Source of the DNA: Candidatus Thorarchaeota archaeon
GTDB lineage: Archaea > Asgardarchaeota > Thorarchaeia > Thorarchaeales > Thorarchaeaceae
Length of the DNA: 64,000 bases
Assembly (NCBI GenBank): GCA_016933575.1
Contig: JAFGAR010000028.1
Location: 96,001 to 160,000 of the forward strand
Reading direction: 5' to 3'
Below, piece by piece: positions 1 to 8,572 of the stretch (position 1 is the first letter of the stretch; every line of letters begins with the position of its first letter). A model generated the notes under the pieces. That model saw only the letters and a list, made by a program, of their open reading frames with translations. It was not told where the DNA came from and made no database searches. Both the position numbers and the translations under genes were made by a program.

Positions 1-91
1 TATTCCAGCAGGTAGAATAATGGAAGTGTTGCGTGTGCTGGGTAACAATGTAACATGGTCAAAAAATAGGGTGTTAAGTCATGTCAGGTAA
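1..91 (+). CDS. 3' end of a gene entering from the left edge (…IPAGRIMEVLRVLGNNVTWSKNRVLSHVR*)
   Basis: Open frame from position 2 to TAA at 89-91, overlapping the MinD-like start by 11 nt, as in an operon. Confidence 0.5.
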   Translation, partial: IPAGRIMEVLRVLGNNVTWSKNRVLSHVR

Positions 92-833
92 AATAATCTC
101 GATACATAGTTTTCGTGGTGGAACAGGGAAATCCAACATTGCCGCGAATTTAGCAGCTTTTGCAGCTTTGCAAGGAAAGAGAGTTGCAGTAATGGACACA
201 GACATGGCATCGCCAGGTATACATGTCATATTTGGCCTTGGTCGGGAAAAGATGAAGTACACATTGAATGATTACCTTCGTGGCACATGCGATATCACTG
301 ACACGTGCATCGACCTGACAAACAGGTTGGACATAAAGAAAGGTAAGCTCTTCTTGATACCAAGCTCCATGGCAGCAACTGACATCACTAGAATTCTTAG
401 AGAAGGCTATGAAGTAGGAGATCTCAAGAAAGGATTTACTGATGTCATAAAGGGAAAAGACCTAGATTACCTGATTATCGATACACACCCAGGACTTGAT
501 AGAGAGACCCTACTCTCAATGGCTACAGCTCACATTTTATTCGTGGTAGCAAGAATTGATGAACAGGATCTACTGGGGACTGCTGCAACTTTGAGTGTTG
601 CTCGAAAACTGCAGGTTCCTGAGATTCGTATAATCATCAATAAGAAACCAGGGATCTACGAGAATAAAGCAATAATCTCAGAGGTAGAGTCGAAGTTTAA
701 AGCACGAGTTGCTACGATTATTCCACTACTACCGCTCCTCATAGAGGTAGGAAGTCGTTTTGTTGTTATACTACGGTACCCCGAAAATGAGTTCACAAAA
801 AACATTGAGGACATCTACAAGTTGATGCTGTAG
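81..833 (+). CDS. MinD/ParA-family ATPase
   Basis: Deviant Walker A SFRGGTGKSN, MDTDMASPG, YLIIDTHPG and IIINKK motifs. Confidence 0.9.
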   Translation: MSGKIISIHSFRGGTGKSNIAANLAAFAALQGKRVAVMDTDMASPGIHVIFGLGREKMKYTLNDYLRGTCDITDTCIDLTNRLDIKKGKLFLIPSSMAATDITRILREGYEVGDLKKGFTDVIKGKDLDYLIIDTHPGLDRETLLSMATAHILFVVARIDEQDLLGTAATLSVARKLQVPEIRIIINKKPGIYENKAIISEVESKFKARVATIIPLLPLLIEVGSRFVVILRYPENEFTKNIEDIYKLML

Positions 834-957
834 TAAATGATTGCCCAAACAAATTAGGCGCTTGGATTATTATCACTGCAAGAATCAAAATTATCAGACA
901 TACTATGAGTACTAGAACAAGCACAGAGTCAGAATGTGAAGTAGGTTCGTATGTCAT
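793..957 (-). CDS. possible small single-TM protein
   Basis: ATG at 957; hydrophobic VLVLVLIVCLIILILAVIII; fills the gap between minD-like and GNAT genes but overlaps the minD-like 3' end by 41 nt. Confidence 0.3.
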   Translation of the reverse strand: MTYEPTSHSDSVLVLVLIVCLIILILAVIIIQAPNLFGQSFTTASTCRCPQCFL

Positions 958-1065
958 CAATCTATAGAAGGAGTAAATCAAATTAACTCTTGCTTTTATT
1001 CACCAACCAAAACCTTTCTAATGCTTTCTTGTTTAGAAACCAAGGAAAATTGGAGGCCTCTTTTG

Positions 1066-1512
1066 ATGGTCATTGATGTCAAGCTCGCTACTGCCCAAGA
1101 TCGAACAGCACTAGACGAATTCTATGCACGAGAAGGACATGATTTTCAAAAACTCGCTGCACAAGCAGCATGTACACCAACTAGTGGCATCCTAGAAACT
1201 ATGTTCATAGTTGCTTGTACTAATGATATGGTTGTTGCTGCATTGAAGCTTGATATCGGTAAAGATCCTAAATTAGGAAAAGTCGGTGTTATTCAACATT
1301 TTGAGATCGAAGACGAACTTGAAGGAACAGATTTGGGATTAACAATGCTCAAGAAAGCTATCGAGATAGCTGAGGAAAAAGGACTCAGAGCGCTTGATAC
1401 ATTGGTCAGTGAATCAAGAAATGATGTGATCAACCTGTATACCGAGTCCGGTTTCTCAGAGAAGAGAAAAGAAATCTACCTAAGAAAAGACTTCAAACCA
1501 AGTTTGTTCTAA
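1066..1512 (+). CDS. GNAT-family N-acetyltransferase
   Basis: GNAT motif A-like FEIEDELEGTDLGLTML and motif B-like VINLYTESGF; start moved to ATG 1066 after GGAGG. Confidence 0.75.
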   Translation: MVIDVKLATAQDRTALDEFYAREGHDFQKLAAQAACTPTSGILETMFIVACTNDMVVAALKLDIGKDPKLGKVGVIQHFEIEDELEGTDLGLTMLKKAIEIAEEKGLRALDTLVSESRNDVINLYTESGFSEKRKEIYLRKDFKPSLF

Positions 1513-3335
1513 GTATCTTTTACCAGAGAGTCAAGTCCGAGGTCAATTATAGTTTCACGAGTTGGAACACCATCTAATCCCCACCCACGAAGAGCGTAGT
1601 ACTCGTTCAAGGATTTCTCAAAGTCATCTTGATCTATGAATGCTTTCATGCCCTTTGATGATCCAACTGTTTCAGCATGCCAAAACTTTGGAGGAAGAAT
1701 ATCATCCTGACGTGTGATACCTTCTCGAATATTAAAGAGTCGTGTAAGGGTTTCAACACGTTGACCGAATTTTGAAATTTCTTCATCATCATAGACTTTG
1801 CCTGTCGCTCCATTGACTAGTGCTATCTTTTGTTCTCGACTCAGTGGGAAATGCCAAGTGAAATGGCAGATGACCATTGAATCTGTAAGTGTTTTTGTAT
1901 CTCGTTCTATTACCATGGAACGAACTACATTAACTGCTGACTTATCGGGCTTATCTGTTGTCTGAGGCCATCCACGAAGATGACTGGCTCCGACATCAGC
2001 AGTCGCATAAGAAAGTCCCAGACCCAATTTGCCTCGGGGATCCCAAGCTGCCGTTTCCAATCCCTTAACATGAACAGCTAAAGATTCACTTCCTTTGCCA
2101 ATCTCATTAGCAGCACTACGAGTGCCTTTTGCGAGAGTAGCCCCGATACCTTCTTTGAATGCAATCATTCTCATGATCTTCAAAGCAGCCTCACCATCAC
2201 CGAACCTCAGGGGAAACCCAATCTCTTCTTCAGAGAGAATACCATTTTCAAAGGCATCCATTGCGAAGCCAATAGTTGACCCTGCACTTATCGTGTCGAG
2301 ACCCAAATCATCTGCTAGAAAATTGAGACGAAGCACTGATTCAAAATCGCTGATACCCAAGTTGCCGCCACACAATCCAAATGTTTCATACTCGGTTGTT
2401 GATTCCACCTCTACCCCGGGATTACTGGGGTCTTCGATTCTATAGGCATGAGTACAACGCATTATACAATGGGGACAAGAGAGGTGAGCTCCTTTGGCTA
2501 AGTCTTGATGTTTTTCAGGATTCAAAGATTCATATCCATCAAAATAACTATTCGACCAATTTCTTGTTGGAAACTGTCCTCGCTCATTTGAAAATTCCAC
2601 TAGGCATCCTGTACCATAATACCTGAAATCATCGTCAGTCTTTGCCTTCCAGATATTGGCTACAGTTTTATTCGTTTCTCGTAGAATATCAGGATTACTT
2701 GCTACGATCTTTTTAGTACCTCTTACAACTAAGCCTTTCAATTTCTTGGAACCTAGGACTGCACCAATTCCGCCCCTTCCCGTTTGATGAGCTAGTTCAC
2801 AACAACCAGTCGCTGTTAGAACAAGGTTCTCACCAGCAGGACCAATCACATAGACTGCTGAACCTTCGACATGTCTTGCATGGAGCATTTTTGTTGAATC
2901 TTGAGTTCCCACGCCCCAGAGATCTTTGGCATCCTCGAATTCAATTCGTTCGTCATTAATGACAACAACAACGGGAATCTCGGATTTTCCCTTGATAGCG
3001 ACAACGTCGTATCCTGATTTCTTTATCTCACGACCCAGGGGTCCACCACAATGGGAATCAATGAATAGACCTGTCAAGGGAGATTTTGTGACAACAGACC
3101 ATCTTCCAACATTAGGTGCAGGAAGACCCTGAAGAGGGCCAGTCAAAAAGAATAGAGTATTTTGAGGACTAAGAGGATCTACTCCCGCTTCAAGTTGACG
3201 ATATAGTAGATAAGCGCCAAGACCTTTGCCGCCGATGTACTTCTCGAGAATCTCTTCCGATAGTTCTTCAATCTCGGTCTTTTTTGATGTTAAATCAATC
3301 CAGAGTATCTTTCTGTTCCATCCAAATGTCGTCAT
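1509..3335 (-). CDS. aor: tungsten-type aldehyde:ferredoxin oxidoreductase family protein
   Basis: KSPLTG, GPAGENLV, GRGGIGAVLGSKKLK, CPHCIMRC Fe-S motif, EYET, DDLGLDTIS, EYYALRGW. Confidence 0.95.
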   Translation of the reverse strand: MTTFGWNRKILWIDLTSKKTEIEELSEEILEKYIGGKGLGAYLLYRQLEAGVDPLSPQNTLFFLTGPLQGLPAPNVGRWSVVTKSPLTGLFIDSHCGGPLGREIKKSGYDVVAIKGKSEIPVVVVINDERIEFEDAKDLWGVGTQDSTKMLHARHVEGSAVYVIGPAGENLVLTATGCCELAHQTGRGGIGAVLGSKKLKGLVVRGTKKIVASNPDILRETNKTVANIWKAKTDDDFRYYGTGCLVEFSNERGQFPTRNWSNSYFDGYESLNPEKHQDLAKGAHLSCPHCIMRCTHAYRIEDPSNPGVEVESTTEYETFGLCGGNLGISDFESVLRLNFLADDLGLDTISAGSTIGFAMDAFENGILSEEEIGFPLRFGDGEAALKIMRMIAFKEGIGATLAKGTRSAANEIGKGSESLAVHVKGLETAAWDPRGKLGLGLSYATADVGASHLRGWPQTTDKPDKSAVNVVRSMVIERDTKTLTDSMVICHFTWHFPLSREQKIALVNGATGKVYDDEEISKFGQRVETLTRLFNIREGITRQDDILPPKFWHAETVGSSKGMKAFIDQDDFEKSLNEYYALRGWGLDGVPTRETIIDLGLDSLVKDT

Positions 3336-3372
3336 CGTTATTTCAAACCTGTATCAATCAATTCTGCCAGTT

Positions 3373-3522
3373 TCAATCAATCTGTATTTTCGAGATTTTC
3401 TTTATATCAACATCTCGAAGGTTATTCAGTATTGCAAGCATCACATCTGAGATAACGCTGGCTACAAATTCGTTCATAAATAGCTTTTTTCCCTTAAGGT
3501 ACACTTCCAAATCGACTGCCAT
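3373..3522 (-). CDS. 49-aa protein resembling the C-terminal extension domain of archaeal MobB (not in ORF track)
   Basis: My translation: MAVDLEVYLKGKKLFMNEFVASVISDVMLAILNNLRDVDIKKISKIQID*; GGTGA RBS-like upstream; co-oriented with aor, ending 37 nt before its start. Confidence 0.7.
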   Translation of the reverse strand: MAVDLEVYLKGKKLFMNEFVASVISDVMLAILNNLRDVDIKKISKIQID

Positions 3523-3674
3523 ATCCATTTCACCAAAATCTTGATAGTTAATTGATGATGAAAACCCAAACTATTATGCTTTTGTAATTCTGTACGCCTT
3601 GTCCGATACGCATTTATATGCCTCATCTTCGTTCATCCCAAGATGGTGACCATCACCAAGTGAGGAATTTAGAC

Positions 3675-5630
3675 ATGGCACAAATGAGTACTGTACTTTC
3701 AGCAATTCGCAGAAAGTCAACTGATGACGCGCCCGCGGATATTGTAGGTGTGTTTGCTGGTTTTGGTAGCATCTTATCCATCATCGCGGCCGCTATTGGA
3801 TTGTTAGCAGGAGTCCCACTTATTCCAATAACTTCCACAACTTGGGAAGTCGTAGTGGACACTCCTATTCAATGGAGTATTGCAGGTAATCCTCAGTATC
3901 ATCTGTTTTCAGGAGCATTTATGGGTCTACTCGCAATTGGATTAATCCTTCAAGCTTTTGGCTCTCGTGATTTGAGGGCAAAACTTGGAACCATCTTTGG
4001 TTCAGTGTTGTATGTTGCTTTCCTAGTAGCTGCAGTGATTGCAGTATATGTACTGATTGGATACTTCAATATTAATTATGCATCAGAAATTGGAGGATTC
4101 TTGGCAAATCTGTATTTACTAGGATCCATTTTCGTACTAACTTGGCAAATGGTATCAGTGCTCTATGTCGATTCAAGTAAGACATGGATTGGATTCTTTG
4201 CAGGAATTCTGAATGGATTGTTCATTCCTATCCTTGCTCTAGGTCAAGTACTTGGTCCACTCCTCGTCTATGGAGCATATGCAATACTTCTTGGTGGTCA
4301 ATTATGTGCATTACTCTTCTGGTGGTCTCCAAACAGCACCATTAGAGAGTATGCCAGGAGTCCTGAGAAGGCAAAGTTTGCTTTTGGTCTCGGTGGATTG
4401 CTTACTTTCGCTATTGGGACAGCAGCCGTGTTTATCGGGCCAATCACAACACATCCAACAGGCAGTACCATCTGGAGACCATGGATTACTCTAGCACCTT
4501 CCGGTACTGAGTATGTCACAAATCCAGCATTGATTTTCGGATTTCTAGCTGCCATGGTATTTTGGATTTTGTTATCACCTAGATTAGGCGCAAAGGAATT
4601 GAAGACTGCTGCTATAGGAGAAGACATTATCAAAGGTGGAAGCAAATGGTTTGCTGTTTTCCTTCTTCTAATTGGGCTTTTAGCAGCAAGCCAATCAGGT
4701 ACATTTAGTACCGCAATAGGATCTTGGGGATTCTTCTTGGTCATTGCACCAGCTGGTGCCATGATTCTAATAGGAGCTCTTTATACTGCTAAAACTGATA
4801 TTGTAACAGGCTTTCCACTAATAATCACAGCAGTGCTGATTATGATCAATCCTCACTCCCTAGCAATTTTCGTAATTGCTGGTTGGATGCTAATCCTAAT
4901 TACCCAAGTCTTTCTGACAATAGAGTGTAAAATTCGTGGACTAACTGGTTTCAGTCAGGGAGCTGTAACTGTGCTGATGAGTATTTTGACTTCGATAGTA
5001 CTCATTGTGGTAATGTTTGGATGGTTAGGAAGTGGTCCTCAAGCATTATGGCCAACTAATAGATGGTTCAATATCGCGCTTATTCCAGGAGTCGATCGTG
5101 CAGTTCAGTCAGCATTCATCATCATCATGCCATTCCTAGCTTTGCTCCTTAGAAATGCAGCTTTAGCTGGATTTGCTCACGGTAGAGGATATAGCACTGG
5201 TGGCATTCTAATGGGAATTACGGTGATCTTTGCTCTCATGATTCCAGCGATTGCTGGTAACTTTACAGTAACTCATGAGGCTAATACAGGAGCTGCATTA
5301 TTACTTGCACTCTATGCGATGAGTCTAGTAATGGTGGTATCACTGAACCTCAAGCTAGCTAATGACGTTGAGGAACAAGGCCATGATTTTGAATCAACTC
5401 TCATGAAAGTAGCTTCAATTGGACAGATCATATTTTCAGCGGCAGTTCTTCTCATTGTTCTAGTCTACTTTAGTGGTTTACCAACTCCTGAGGAAATAGC
5501 GTTTGTCATCTCAATGCTAGTTGTATTTGTTGCAAGTTCTGAAGTACTATCAATCATTGGGTGGCTTATCGCAGGTATAAGATTAGGTCTACTGAAGGAA
5601 GGATTCCGATTCACTAGACTCGGTCAGTAG
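3675..5630 (+). CDS. large polytopic membrane protein of unknown function
   Basis: ~650 aa, nearly all hydrophobic helices; ATG 3675 follows GTGAGG. Confidence 0.8.
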   Translation: MAQMSTVLSAIRRKSTDDAPADIVGVFAGFGSILSIIAAAIGLLAGVPLIPITSTTWEVVVDTPIQWSIAGNPQYHLFSGAFMGLLAIGLILQAFGSRDLRAKLGTIFGSVLYVAFLVAAVIAVYVLIGYFNINYASEIGGFLANLYLLGSIFVLTWQMVSVLYVDSSKTWIGFFAGILNGLFIPILALGQVLGPLLVYGAYAILLGGQLCALLFWWSPNSTIREYARSPEKAKFAFGLGGLLTFAIGTAAVFIGPITTHPTGSTIWRPWITLAPSGTEYVTNPALIFGFLAAMVFWILLSPRLGAKELKTAAIGEDIIKGGSKWFAVFLLLIGLLAASQSGTFSTAIGSWGFFLVIAPAGAMILIGALYTAKTDIVTGFPLIITAVLIMINPHSLAIFVIAGWMLILITQVFLTIECKIRGLTGFSQGAVTVLMSILTSIVLIVVMFGWLGSGPQALWPTNRWFNIALIPGVDRAVQSAFIIIMPFLALLLRNAALAGFAHGRGYSTGGILMGITVIFALMIPAIAGNFTVTHEANTGAALLLALYAMSLVMVVSLNLKLANDVEEQGHDFESTLMKVASIGQIIFSAAVLLIVLVYFSGLPTPEEIAFVISMLVVFVASSEVLSIIGWLIAGIRLGLLKEGFRFTRLGQ

Positions 5631-5658
5631 CAGAATAATAAAAGGATGGTGATCATCA

Positions 5659-6417
5659 ATGGCTCCTCTGGTTAAAGGAGTTAAAACTTACCCAGAAGGA
5701 GCCAACATTGCTTTTTTGTTAGTACATGGTTTTTGTGCGGCTCCAGATGAAATGCGCACTCTATGGGAATTCCTAGAGGATAATGGGATTGCCTCCTTCG
5801 CAGTGAAAGTTGAAGGACATGGTACTACTCCAGAAGACTTGAAAAACACAACCTGGAAAGACTGGTTTAATTCTGTCAAGATTGGGTTAGAGGAAGTAAG
5901 GTCTTGGGGCACCAATTATGTATTCATCGCAGGACTATCGATGGGCGGAGCACTTTCCACACTCTTAACAGCAGAATCCGAAGATATTGATGGACTAGTC
6001 TTAATCGCTCCAGCTTTGAAGATAGAAGGTTTACTTCCAAAGCTTGTTCCTATACTGAAATATGTCCTCAAGGACAGAGAGATCGATGTTGAAGCATCTC
6101 AAGAGAAGTATGATATAAAGAGGACAAAGTACTCTAGAGAACCTGTTTCAGCATATCACGAACTCTTTAAACTTCAAAATGTAGCAAGAAAAAGTATGAG
6201 TCGAGTGTCTGTTCCTTGTATAATAATACAAGGTACTGAAGATAAGACAATAGATCCCAGAAATGGCAAAATTGCGTACGAGGGAATTGGTTCAAAGGAC
6301 AAAGAACTTCACTTTATTGAAGGAGCTGAACATGTAATAACGTGCCATCCTACGAGAAAGGAAGCATATCCTTTGATTCTATCATTCATCGAGAGGATTG
6401 TGAAAAAGTCTGTATGA
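5659..6417 (+). CDS. alpha/beta hydrolase (carboxylesterase/monoacylglycerol lipase type)
   Basis: HGF oxyanion motif, GLSMGG nucleophile elbow, QGTEDKTI (Asp), AEH (His). Confidence 0.9.
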   Translation: MAPLVKGVKTYPEGANIAFLLVHGFCAAPDEMRTLWEFLEDNGIASFAVKVEGHGTTPEDLKNTTWKDWFNSVKIGLEEVRSWGTNYVFIAGLSMGGALSTLLTAESEDIDGLVLIAPALKIEGLLPKLVPILKYVLKDREIDVEASQEKYDIKRTKYSREPVSAYHELFKLQNVARKSMSRVSVPCIIIQGTEDKTIDPRNGKIAYEGIGSKDKELHFIEGAEHVITCHPTRKEAYPLILSFIERIVKKSV

Positions 6418-6437
6418 AATGATGATAGAGTATTTTC

Positions 6438-7142
6438 CTAGGAGTCTGTGACTTCAGATCTTGCTTTGACACCAATATCTGGAAAATCTGTAATTATACC
6501 ATCAACCCTAAGATTTCTAATTAAATCAAACATTCGATCAATATCATTTACTGTCCAAGGATAGATCAACACACCATGATTATGTGCTTGACTAACTATC
6601 TCGTTCGTTATGATTTCATAGTGAGGGTTTAGAGCATCTACTCCGAGCTCGCATATGTAATTAATCAAATCATCTTGTGAATGAGATATTAAAGCAGCAG
6701 TAAACACCCGTTTATCCAGTTCTTTCATAACGAGGAGTGTTCCATGGTAAAAAGAGCTTATCACAACATCGTTAATCATTTGTCTTTCAACGAGTAAATC
6801 AATAATCTTCTTTTCGACGCCTAAGGTCTTCAATTCGATATTGACCTTCAATCTATTCTTAGCGTAGGACAGGACCTCGCTTAAGAGTGGTATTCTCTCC
6901 CCCTTTCCAGCATCTAATTCTCGAAGCTCATTCAGTGTATGCTCTGAAACTAATCCAGTACCATCCGTTGTTCGTGACACATCAGCATCATGGATACAGA
7001 CTAAATGGCCATCCAAGGTTTCATGTATATCCAATTCGACCATGTCAGCTCCAAATTCAAATGCAGTCTGAAAAGATAGTAGGGTGTTTTCTGGAGCATG
7101 TCCAGCGGCGCCTCGATGTCCGATTATAATGCAATTCTGCAA
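6438..7142 (-). CDS. glycerophosphodiester phosphodiesterase
   Basis: IGHRGA, PENTL, ELDIHETLDG, HD, NIELK, WTVND, GIITDFP. Confidence 0.93.
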   Translation of the reverse strand: MQNCIIIGHRGAAGHAPENTLLSFQTAFEFGADMVELDIHETLDGHLVCIHDADVSRTTDGTGLVSEHTLNELRELDAGKGERIPLLSEVLSYAKNRLKVNIELKTLGVEKKIIDLLVERQMINDVVISSFYHGTLLVMKELDKRVFTAALISHSQDDLINYICELGVDALNPHYEIITNEIVSQAHNHGVLIYPWTVNDIDRMFDLIRNLRVDGIITDFPDIGVKARSEVTDS

Positions 7143-7166
7143 CTATCATGCCTCTAGAGATTAGAT

Positions 7167-7463
7167 TTATTGATCATCTGGCGCGAGCCCAGTTCCTCCA
7201 CATCTTGGACAAGTTTCGCCATTGACTTTTCCACTTCCATTACAATAGTAACAATCATCTTTAGTCTGTGTAAGACTCTTATCAATACCTTTTGTAAAAG
7301 CGGCTCCTATAGCTATCAATACAACTGCCATAAACATACTAAATAGTGATAGAAGATACAATGAAGGAATCTGCAGAAGAATGACCAGAGAAACAATAAA
7401 TAGTAGAAATCCGGCTACAAACAAAATCGGACCAGTTCTCGCTCTTTCCATTTTACCAACCAT
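7167..7463 (-). CDS. small two-TM protein with DnaJ-type CxxCxGxG zinc finger
   Basis: Two hydrophobic helices followed by CYYCNGSG and CPRCGGTG. Confidence 0.75.
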   Translation of the reverse strand: MVGKMERARTGPILFVAGFLLFIVSLVILLQIPSLYLLSLFSMFMAVVLIAIGAAFTKGIDKSLTQTKDDCYYCNGSGKVNGETCPRCGGTGLAPDDQ

Positions 7464-7633
7464 TCCAAGTCATTATTGGAGGTCTAGGATTACATAACTC
7501 CTAGCTACGAACTGTTGCGCTCCTAAATCATCTAAATACATTGCGGAATATAAAATATCAGAATTAATGATAGTGGACGATTCAACCCTAAGAGATAATA
7601 GCAAAGATGAATCATGTCTAGCAATGTGGGAGA

Positions 7634-8557
7634 TTGAATACAATGTCTAGGACTGATATATTCGCAAAATACTCTCAAGTCTATGCAAAAGCTCACGCAA
7701 GAGTTGTTGTTCCAGAAGGACCATTTGTTAGACAGCTAACAGATGTTCCAAGAAAGAAGTATGACATTGGCTTATTCTTCAAACCAAATCGAAGTAGCCG
7801 TTGTGTTCAAATTCATATGGGAAATCCAATACCCAAAGAAATCTGTGAACAAGAGGGTTTCTTGGAAACAGATGAGACAACATACCTCAGTAGAACATTG
7901 CTGTCAAAATTCAAGACACTCGATTTTCTCAGAGTTGTGATTTCTGCAGGAGCAATATGTGGAACGAAAGAAGAACGAATTGATTTCTTAAAAACAGCAC
8001 AACGAGTTATCGATGTGGTTCTACGAAAAGCAAAAAATGTGATGCATATCGCAGAGTTCGAACCATTTCGTTTCGATAAGTGTGTTCAAACCCTTAACGA
8101 ATTTCTAGTAAAAGGATTGAAAATGGATGAGGTGTCAGTTGAAGCAGCATCAATTCCGTTCTACGTAGCATCTCCTGAATATATTCTACTTTCAAATAAT
8201 GACATTATTGTCATTGGTGAAGAACCAAGAGTACCCCAAGGTGAATTCTTTCTTGTAGGAGGGATAGGATATACATTTGACAAGACGGAAGGAGCTGTTA
8301 GTGAAGGACGCCTATTCAGATCAACAACAGACCTGTCTGCTCAAGGTATTGATGAGGCATACATTGACGGTATGATATCAAGGATTACTGAAGATTTCCA
8401 AAATAGTATGCACTCACTCATATTCGCGGATGTCTGGAAGAAGGCAAAGGTGAAACCAGTAGGCGTCAATTTTGGTAGTGATCTCTTTGTAAAAGCTGAA
8501 CCCTCTAGTGAGATTTGGACCGGTGTTTTTGAGGTATATGTGAAATCCCCAAAGTGA
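7634..8557 (+). CDS. hypothetical soluble protein (possible remote pyruvoyl-dependent decarboxylase fold)
   Basis: 307-aa ORF; the functional guess is weak, see findings. Confidence 0.7.
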   Translation: MNTMSRTDIFAKYSQVYAKAHARVVVPEGPFVRQLTDVPRKKYDIGLFFKPNRSSRCVQIHMGNPIPKEICEQEGFLETDETTYLSRTLLSKFKTLDFLRVVISAGAICGTKEERIDFLKTAQRVIDVVLRKAKNVMHIAEFEPFRFDKCVQTLNEFLVKGLKMDEVSVEAASIPFYVASPEYILLSNNDIIVIGEEPRVPQGEFFLVGGIGYTFDKTEGAVSEGRLFRSTTDLSAQGIDEAYIDGMISRITEDFQNSMHSLIFADVWKKAKVKPVGVNFGSDLFVKAEPSSEIWTGVFEVYVKSPK

Positions 8558-8572
8558 TGAACATAATAGATC

